Of a stretch of 64,000 bases of DNA, positions 57,450 to 64,000 are shown piece after piece. The position numbers and the translations under genes are program-made. The stretch lies in sequence record NC_020077.1. One strand, given 5' to 3'. Numbering within the stretch: the first letter of the stretch is position 1; the number at the start of each line of letters is the position of its first letter. The notes under the pieces were generated by a model. It was not told where the DNA came from, did not search any database, and was given only the letters and a program-made list of their open reading frames with translations.

Positions 57450-57932
57450 ATGAATAGTAACGATAGAATAATAAAAACTAAGCAAGGTAACAAATTCCTA
57501 CTTATCATGTTAAATAAAATACTCAAAACTATCAAGGAGAATGGGGAGTACTACAAGGCCAGAGATGTAGGCAAAAACTACGTTTGTTATATGTGGGAAA
57601 CTGCAAGAATATGCGTAGGCCTTGCAAAAAAGTTTGGAAAAGATGAGTATGTTGTTTTCCTAAACTTTAATTCTAATGATATAGGAACTGATGTAATGTT
57701 GTACATTGATACGGAAGAGAGAACAGTGAAGAGACACTCGGTAATTCTAAGCTTTCTACTTAAGAAGATAACTAACGCACCACTCGTGTTGAAGAGCCTA
57801 GATGGCTTGAGAGCGTTTATTGAGGAGTTGATCAGAGCATTGCCAGCTGAGGATGAAAGTGAAGAAGATGAGAAAATGGCTAACTATGAAACACGCCCAA
57901 AGGCAGCAGTAGCAGTTGTTAACTTATCTTGA
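57450..57932 (+). CDS. Hypothetical protein
   Basis: 160-aa ORF flanked by 18-mer palindromes (57367, 57934). Confidence 0.7.
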   Translation: MNSNDRIIKTKQGNKFLLIMLNKILKTIKENGEYYKARDVGKNYVCYMWETARICVGLAKKFGKDEYVVFLNFNSNDIGTDVMLYIDTEERTVKRHSVILSFLLKKITNAPLVLKSLDGLRAFIEELIRALPAEDESEEDEKMANYETRPKAAVAVVNLS

Positions 57933-58017
57933 CTTCTGTAAATTTGTAGAAGTCTGGTTTTTGTTTATATTTGTGTTGAGATAATAAAAGTAAACTGCGT
58001 TTGGTAAATTTGTAGAA
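57931..58017. repeat. Two 18-bp palindrome units
   Basis: GAC-TTCTGTAAATTTGTAGAA-GTC (57931-57954) and TTTGGTAAATTTGTAGAA (58000-58017). Confidence 0.85.
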
Positions 58018-58788
58018 AAGCTTGTTAGTTAGGTAGCTTACTGTAAGAGGTATGACGGTTTACTGTCTGAAAGTAAGCTGTTTAACTTTCGCCCGCACCC
58101 CCAAAAAGAGGGAGGGTGGTGTAAGAGGGGAGGTTCATTAGCAGCAACAATAAGTGTTTTTTTTTTTTTGTAGGCTTACAGCCTACAGCCTATATTATAT
58201 ATATAATAATTAGCTTTTATATAATACACTTATTATAATTAGCTAAGAACGCCCTTAACTCCCTCAGATTATTTCATATGCCTATTTAGCGCATTTAATT
58301 AAACGTCTGATCATTTCATATCTCCTTCTATTTTTGATCTCCTTAGTATTAACACTTCAAAGATCGTTTTCTGTCTCTCTTAATTCAATACTTCTTACTA
58401 CACATTTTTATACACCACAGAATTATCAATTGAGTACTCCTTTTTTCTTCTGCTTAATTCAGTATCTTTCACTTTCACAATATTTAGATGGCATATAAAG
58501 GAGGTGGTAAGAAGTCTCATTCAGCATGAGAAAAATTGCGATTTCATATCCCCCCTACGCCTTCTTAACTTATTTCATATCCCTTTTGTGTATAGTTGTA
58601 ATATTAATATAAGCTACTCTCTTTTTACTGTCACTTAAGGGATATGAATATATTATTACTTAACAAAAATTTTTCTTACTTCTCTTACCTTTTACATTTT
58701 TCCCTTAAGCTTTTAGGTTGGTAGAATATTTATTACAGTCATGAGAAAAATTATCGATAAAATTAAATGTTTTTTTATTTCACGTTAA
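58018..58788. other. ORF-free AT-rich region, candidate replication origin
   Basis: Longest non-coding stretch; ATTTCATAT x4 plus one inverted near-copy, CATGAGAAAAATT x2, T13 tract, AT-only run. Confidence 0.5.
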
Positions 58789-59553
58789 TTATGTAACTAC
58801 TTCTCCCATATCTACTTCTATAGTGCCTAAATTAGTAAAGTCTTCAATTAGCGTTTCTAGTTCATTCTCTAGTCCATACTTTTCCGCAAGCGTTTTATAA
58901 ATAGAATACATTCTAGCTATTAATACTTGAGTCCTTGGTGCAACTTTTGCAAAAGTTTTCACATTATCATCTTCTAGTTTGTATATTAGTTTTTCAGTTC
59001 TTTCCCTAATGAAGTTATTGATTGTTTTAGCAACTCTTTCCAATAACTTTTCTAACCTTTCTTTTAACTCCTCAACATTCTGAATTGGATTCTCATTCCT
59101 TCTTAATCTTAATACTATAATCTGGTCCCTAAACAATTTCTTTAAGAATTTTTCAGCGTTTGAAGTAACCCTATCACCAAAGTAAACATATGTTACACTC
59201 GTATTCTCCATAATGGGCACTTTCATCACTTTATTTAACCACTTAGAAGCAGTTCTAATCTCTCTCTCCACATCAGATGGCGTTATAGGTTTTGATGTTT
59301 GCCCAGAATATATAAATACCACAAAGTGATTTTCTCTCTTACTGAGTTTAATTTTAATGTAAGCAACTCCTAATTTTACGTTTTGGTCAAATTCTACAAT
59401 CCTTTCATCTTCAGTAAGAGGAAGAAAATCATCTTTAATACCTAAAGCATCCTTAAAAATTTTCATAAAGTCCACAATAGAGCGTATAGTAACTTCATTA
59501 ACCTTTTTTGTTGCCTCACGTCTCGCTAACTTCTTCTGTTGCAGCATCATCAT
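58789..59553 (-). CDS. Hypothetical protein, possible restriction-endonuclease (Mrr-like) fold
   Basis: KPITPSDVERE...VYFGDRVTSNAEKFL resembles the second half of Mrr-cat; catalytic motif not evident. Confidence 0.45.
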   Translation of the reverse strand: MMMLQQKKLARREATKKVNEVTIRSIVDFMKIFKDALGIKDDFLPLTEDERIVEFDQNVKLGVAYIKIKLSKRENHFVVFIYSGQTSKPITPSDVEREIRTASKWLNKVMKVPIMENTSVTYVYFGDRVTSNAEKFLKKLFRDQIIVLRLRRNENPIQNVEELKERLEKLLERVAKTINNFIRERTEKLIYKLEDDNVKTFAKVAPRTQVLIARMYSIYKTLAEKYGLENELETLIEDFTNLGTIEVDMGEVVT

Positions 59554-60547
59554 TTTCTTCTAATATATTGTCTTCTTCTCCTTTATATTTCTTTTTCTCT
59601 TCTTCAAGCAATAACTCAATGTAACTATTCCTTACCAATGTATATTGGTCATACGCTGCTTTAGGCAGTTTTACGTTAACTAGGCCTGTGTGGGCCCTCA
59701 CTCTCCCCGCATCTACTACTTTATCACCCTCAACCTTTATCTCATTATAAATTATGTAGTCTTTCTTAAGCCAGTTCTTTATTGCAGTTCTCGTGTATAG
59801 TTTCCATTGCGCGTAGTTATCTGGATCTAGGTTATTCTGAACTAAAAGCTTCACAAAATTATAATCCTTCCTTCTATTATCACGCGTTAAATACAGATAA
59901 TAGATCCCTTTAATTGTCCTCAGCATTTTGTGCAAGTTTTGTTCTGTTGTTGGCATCGTTATTATTATACTACTCACTCGAGGCCTTAGAAGTGTTAATA
60001 AATCATTCGCAACCTGATATCTGTTTCGCCTTGACCAATAAGTGTGAGAGCCAAAGAACACTTGCGCATCATCTAACAAAATGACCGGAACCCTCAGTCC
60101 GTTTCTTTCTAAAAACAAAACGAAATCACGTAATTGTAATGGATCGATTATGTTAAAATAGAGCGCAAATTGGAAATTAAGCAGAGGATCATCAGGCCAA
60201 TATCCATAAATTCCTGCCAAGATTTGTAATGCCATGCTGCTTTTTCCAGCGCCTTGCTCACCTTCTATCACGAAGATTGAAAAGCTTGTCAAATCTTTTG
60301 TAAAATCTCTCGTTATTTTCATAATGAAGGGGTTAATGGTAGGAATCAAAACTTCTTGTCCACTCTCGTCTTTAAGCCAAAGCGGCATATCGAGGAACGG
60401 GTTTTTGTCTCTTTTTAGCTTCTCCTCTATCACTTCTTTTAATATTACCTTGAATTGTTTTCTAAACGCATTTTCATAATCAACTGTTAATAACGGTTTA
60501 CTAGGATCCTCATTTTGAATAATAAAATCGCCAATTCTTTTTATCAT
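59516..60547 (-). CDS. P-loop NTPase (Zot/FtsK-like or AAA)
   Basis: Walker A VIEGEQGAGKSS, Walker B VILLDDAQ; start 60547 preferred over 60721. Confidence 0.8.
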   Translation of the reverse strand: MIKRIGDFIIQNEDPSKPLLTVDYENAFRKQFKVILKEVIEEKLKRDKNPFLDMPLWLKDESGQEVLIPTINPFIMKITRDFTKDLTSFSIFVIEGEQGAGKSSMALQILAGIYGYWPDDPLLNFQFALYFNIIDPLQLRDFVLFLERNGLRVPVILLDDAQVFFGSHTYWSRRNRYQVANDLLTLLRPRVSSIIITMPTTEQNLHKMLRTIKGIYYLYLTRDNRRKDYNFVKLLVQNNLDPDNYAQWKLYTRTAIKNWLKKDYIIYNEIKVEGDKVVDAGRVRAHTGLVNVKLPKAAYDQYTLVRNSYIELLLEEEKKKYKGEEDNILEENDDAATEEVSET

Positions 60548-60601
60548 GCTATTCTTTATTTTAGCTACAGAATTTATAAAAGTAATATCGAATAGTAATA
60601 T

Positions 60602-60916
60602 ATGTCTCTTCCAAGGATTCCTAAAGCAAGCATTGTCACAGACAGAATTAAGAATGAAGACAAAGATGAACAAAAAACTACAGAAAACAAAAAAGATGAG
60701 CAAAAGGTAGATTGCACACAAGTAGTTGCACAGTATGTTACGCTTTTAAATAATTTATTAAGCGATATGCAAGAACTTCTAAACCTTTTAGCAGATCGTT
60801 CTCTTAAAGCAAAGCCAAACTTCAAATGCCTCGATTACGATTTCTACCCTATTAACCCCGTGTTGACCCGTTACATTGTTAAGGGAATAAAAGAAGAGTG
60901 TAAGAATTTAAAATGA
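60602..60916 (+). CDS. Hypothetical protein
   Basis: 104-aa ORF. Confidence 0.65.
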   Translation: MSLPRIPKASIVTDRIKNEDKDEQKTTENKKDEQKVDCTQVVAQYVTLLNNLLSDMQELLNLLADRSLKAKPNFKCLDYDFYPINPVLTRYIVKGIKEECKNLK

Positions 60917-61117
60917 AGTTTTGAAGAGTTCAGAAATCCTCTGTTTTCTACCATCATAATAGTAAATAATTCCATCATCGCCAAGTTCCTCAATTCTCTT
61001 GACCTCAAAACTGTAAAGCCTGATAGTGTTCAGATCAAGTTCGTCCTCACTTTCTGAGTTAGTTATCTTTATGTAATCACCTTCCTTCTCTATCAAATAT
61101 TTACCTATTTTGATCAT
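60908..61117 (-). CDS. Small acidic protein
   Basis: 69-aa ORF downstream of the coiled-coil gene. Confidence 0.6.
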   Translation of the reverse strand: MIKIGKYLIEKEGDYIKITNSESEDELDLNTIRLYSFEVKRIEELGDDGIIYYYDGRKQRISELFKTSF

Positions 61118-61128
61118 CTTCTCGCCCT

Positions 61129-61749
61129 TCAGCCTGACATTTCTGCTGAAAGTATTTCCATTTCAACAGACATCTCACTTCTTTTACGAAATACTTCTAT
61201 TGCCTGTTCTAGCAATTCTAATCTTTGTGAGGCATTCTGTTTTGCTTCTTCCATTATATTAATTAATTCTTTTGTATTATCATTAATCCTTATAAGCAGT
61301 TCATTTAGCTTCTCCATTTCATTTTTTTGATCTTCTATATCATCCATTGCTTCTTTGATTTTATTTTTGTTAATACGTTTAGAATTAGCGGCATTTTGTA
61401 CTATTCTCATTTCCGCATCTAAAGTTACTTTTGCTAGTTTTGTTGATGTTTCTATAAATTCCAGTTCCATCTTATCCATTTGTTTTAGCATTTCTATTAT
61501 CCCATTTATTTTATTGGTTATCTCAGCTTCTGGTACCTCTTCTTCATTCAATCTTTTATGGAGGTCTGTTACACTATCAAAAATTTTTACGGTTATGTCA
61601 TCTATTTCAGCGCTAAGTCTATCGACTTTTTTTGATAACCTATTAAGCTCTTTAAGTTCTCTATCACTGAAAGTACCCTTTAAGTTTGCGAAATTTGTGT
61701 TATCTTCTTCATCATATACTTTATTTTCTTCAAGATCTTTTTCTTTCAT
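61129..61749 (-). CDS. Acidic coiled-coil protein
   Basis: Heptad-rich 206-aa ORF. Confidence 0.75.
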   Translation of the reverse strand: MKEKDLEENKVYDEEDNTNFANLKGTFSDRELKELNRLSKKVDRLSAEIDDITVKIFDSVTDLHKRLNEEEVPEAEITNKINGIIEMLKQMDKMELEFIETSTKLAKVTLDAEMRIVQNAANSKRINKNKIKEAMDDIEDQKNEMEKLNELLIRINDNTKELINIMEEAKQNASQRLELLEQAIEVFRKRSEMSVEMEILSAEMSG

Positions 61750-61790
61750 ATTAATCTATTTCTTTATTTGTCATTTTATAAATTTTTAGC

Positions 61791-61838
61791 TTCTTCAAAT
61801 TTACCAAATTATCATTGCAATTCTACCAATTGGTAGAA
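61791..61838. repeat. 48-bp tri-palindromic element, full copy
   Basis: TTCTTCAAATTTACCAAA-TTATCATTGCAA-TTCTACCAATTGGTAGAA (last 18-mer is a perfect palindrome). Confidence 0.92.
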
Positions 61839-61899
61839 AAGCCTACAAAACTTCACTACTTAAGGGGAGGTAATATTACTATATACACGTTTTCTTCAA

Positions 61900-62319
61900 T
61901 TGTCTTTTACGTTACTCATGGAAGAAAACTTTAAATATGAAAAAAGTCAACATATAACATGGTGGGAAATGTTAGCCCAAATAGATAAGATTTCTCATGA
62001 AAGGATTACAAACCTACTAGAAAACTCAATTCAACTACTTACTGCTTCAGCAGAAACCAAAAAATTGCGCACAGTAAGGGCAAACCTTAGTAATGTTATA
62101 AACAACATATCGAGGGTAATGCTTTTACTAGAAAAAAGAGAAACCACAGAGGATGAAAAAGCATACGTTCTTCTTCAATTCGCCAGGAAATTGGCAGTTT
62201 CAGAAAAGGCAAAAATAGATGAATTAATAAAAGGAAAGAGAAAAGGAGGACTAGCAAAGGACAACTTTAATAGCATTAAGATATTGTTATGTGAAGTTGA
62301 AAGGCTAGTAAAGGGGTGA
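61900..62319 (+). CDS. Hypothetical helical protein
   Basis: 139-aa ORF. Confidence 0.65.
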   Translation: MSFTLLMEENFKYEKSQHITWWEMLAQIDKISHERITNLLENSIQLLTASAETKKLRTVRANLSNVINNISRVMLLLEKRETTEDEKAYVLLQFARKLAVSEKAKIDELIKGKRKGGLAKDNFNSIKILLCEVERLVKG

Positions 62320-62325
62320 AGTTTT

Positions 62326-63198
62326 GTGTCCCCCGTGATTTACGGAGTCCATATAAAAGAGACAGAATACACTGTACCAGATGATATCGCAGAATTACTC
62401 GTTCAGAAGGATGAGTATGCATTAGAAAAACTTCCAGTCTCCTACCTTCAAAAGGCAGTACGTGATCCTAATGCGATGCAAAACTTAATCAACTTTGCGT
62501 TAAATATTCACACATTTAGAAAGGGAATTACAAGATGCAAAGTTTTACTTCCACTTCCGCTTTATGAAAAAGTAATTCACGCTCTGCAAAATGTTCCACC
62601 AGAAAAAAAGTTAACACTAAGCAAGCTATTACTCGCAGCGCTTCTTTTAGGCGCAAAAGAGGCAAGTCTTTTATCTGATACAGAAATTGAGCAATACACA
62701 CAAGATTCAGTAATTTATTCTATGAGACGCACATTTTATGTTCCGCAAGGTTTTAGGAAAGAACTATTCGCAAAAATTCGCGCAAACGGCTATATGCCAT
62801 CGGAGTACGCGAGAGATGCTATTTACCGATTCATGTCAGACACTTCATTTAAACAAAACGTAATTAGCATACTAAGTTCACTCAACATAGAAAAAATACC
62901 AACTGATTGCGGTGAAAAATATCCAATATACATGACCCCACAAGAATACAAAAAATACAGAGAAATGCTTGAGCAAGAAGCACTTTTCGAAAAATACGGC
63001 ATTTCAAGGCCAACAATTGTAATATTACTTTCGCATATGCATGACAATGGCCTTATAACTAGCCAAGAATTTTTCAACTACTTAGCAAGGCTCACTAATG
63101 CCGTTCATATGAATTGCCAACAACAGCAGGAAAATACACAAGCACTATCAGATTCAGCATCTCATCAACAGTCACAATCCAATAACCATCATACTTAA
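62326..63198 (+). CDS. Probable multi-RHH DNA-binding protein
   Basis: RCKVLLPLPLYEKV, RRTFYVPQGFRKEL...YARDAIYRF, KYPIYMTPQEYKKY units. Confidence 0.6.
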   Translation: MSPVIYGVHIKETEYTVPDDIAELLVQKDEYALEKLPVSYLQKAVRDPNAMQNLINFALNIHTFRKGITRCKVLLPLPLYEKVIHALQNVPPEKKLTLSKLLLAALLLGAKEASLLSDTEIEQYTQDSVIYSMRRTFYVPQGFRKELFAKIRANGYMPSEYARDAIYRFMSDTSFKQNVISILSSLNIEKIPTDCGEKYPIYMTPQEYKKYREMLEQEALFEKYGISRPTIVILLSHMHDNGLITSQEFFNYLARLTNAVHMNCQQQQENTQALSDSASHQQSQSNNHHT

Positions 63199-63913
63199 CC
63201 TTAAGCTCATATTTTTTGCATTCCTCTCTAGTATCATAAAGCAAAATTATTTCATCACCGTGATCTTCTACAGAAACGATTTTGCCTAGCTTTACGCCAT
63301 AGAAGCGTTCAAGCTTTTTCAAGTTTAACTCGAGTACACCATTTCGTGAAAATTCATGCGCAACTCTTTTTAGTATAGTCTTGTTTTTATCAAGTATCTT
63401 TATATAGTAGTATATCCTATCGCCCATGTTATATTCTAACACTTCCATAGTTTTGTTGATAAACCGCTTTTTCTCTTTGCTTTTTTTCTTATCTGCTATT
63501 ATTAGTAAATCATACCCCGGAATGAGTGGTTTCAATTCTTCAACAAAATGATCAATCACTAGCGCCGACTTTCTTATGTACTTCCGCTTCTTTACCACAA
63601 CCTTTTTCGATAGGATTATAGAATCAGGCGTGTAAGCCTTATAGTACCTACCATCATATTCACGCGGAAAGCGTATTATTAACGTTTGCTTTTTCGTGTC
63701 TTTGCGATACATCAAATGGTAACCAAGTTTTGGGTAGTTCAACTCTTGATCAGTGAATTTTATCTCAATGAGACCATTACCTTGATCGATCAAGTAAGCG
63801 TATTTGGGATTTTCGATGTCCTTCAAGTAGCGTAAGAGTCCGGGCGGGGGCACAGTTCTCGTAAACCCTTCTATTATCGCTAAAGTAGAGCCTAGTTTTT
63901 GGACCTTTTGCAT
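63095..63913 (-). CDS. Basic protein with AbrB-like swapped-hairpin motifs
   Basis: VQKLGSTLAII resembles the AbrB/MazE N-terminus; repeated beta-rich units. Confidence 0.5.
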   Translation of the reverse strand: MQKVQKLGSTLAIIEGFTRTVPPPGLLRYLKDIENPKYAYLIDQGNGLIEIKFTDQELNYPKLGYHLMYRKDTKKQTLIIRFPREYDGRYYKAYTPDSIILSKKVVVKKRKYIRKSALVIDHFVEELKPLIPGYDLLIIADKKKSKEKKRFINKTMEVLEYNMGDRIYYYIKILDKNKTILKRVAHEFSRNGVLELNLKKLERFYGVKLGKIVSVEDHGDEIILLYDTREECKKYELKVKYDGYWIVTVDEMLNLIVLVYFPAVVGNSYERH

Positions 63914-64000
63914 TGCAGTAAATTTATGCGCTTCCTAGCTTATAATTTTGTATTGTACTACTTAGTAGAATAAAGCATTACTACCTTCTTCTTAGCATTA

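Larger units (their letters stand above)
1..64000. mobile_element. Bicaudavirus-like (STSV-type) archaeal virus genome segment
   Basis: p131/STSV-type virion protein, giant virion protein, p529-like AAA ATPase, ParB, ThyX, dcd/dUTPase, MTases, RHH paralogs; archaeal TATA/BRE promoters and GGTG RBS; no host housekeeping flank. Confidence 0.9.

Noticed and set aside
61129-61749. ESCRT-III/CdvB mimic
   Set aside because: Size and coiled-coil character fit, but there is no recognisable Snf7 sequence pattern; acidic throughout
181-61838. Palindromic repeats or TATAGAAAG promoter motifs as a CRISPR mini-array
   Set aside because: Copies are dispersed, not regularly spaced by 35-45-bp unique spacers, and do not match Sulfolobales repeat types ending in ATTGAAAG; no leader
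1-64000. Known anti-CRISPRs (AcrID1, AcrIIIB1, AcrIII-1 ring nuclease) and the MoxR-VWA tail-extension pair
   Set aside because: No ORF shows the motifs I recall for these; they may lie outside the window or be too diverged for reading by eye

Overview
The whole window looks like the genome of a large spindle-shaped crenarchaeal (Sulfolobales) virus of the Bicaudaviridae, STSV1/STSV2-like. This rests on recognising an ATV p131/STSV-type major virion protein (28532-28969), a 2355-aa virion protein, an ATV p529-like AAA ATPase next to a ParB-like gene, ThyX, a dCTP deaminase/dUTPase, two DNA methyltransferases, glycosylation genes and a small tyrosine recombinase. No host flank, tRNA/att site or CRISPR array is visible. 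Family assignments come from motif reading and recall, not database searches. The main observations are: (1) a dispersed 48-bp tri-palindromic element (18+12+18 bp) with 8 full and about 12 partial copies, almost all at gene or operon borders, twice at points where a paralogous gene is truncated; (2) a 6.6-kb tandem array of single-chain multi-RHH proteins built from shuffled RHH pairs with variable recognition strands; (3) a TGT/DpdA-like plus DUF5591 (ArcS-like) gene pair, a candidate 7-deazaguanine DNA modification system; (4) two intact solo TnpB nucleases with conserved omega-RNA ends; (5) distinct early and late promoter motifs, including a perfectly symmetric bidirectional capsid promoter; (6) a three-copy TTCGAA repeat and an ORF-free candidate origin; (7) an adhesin with A-B-A-B 533-bp repeats.
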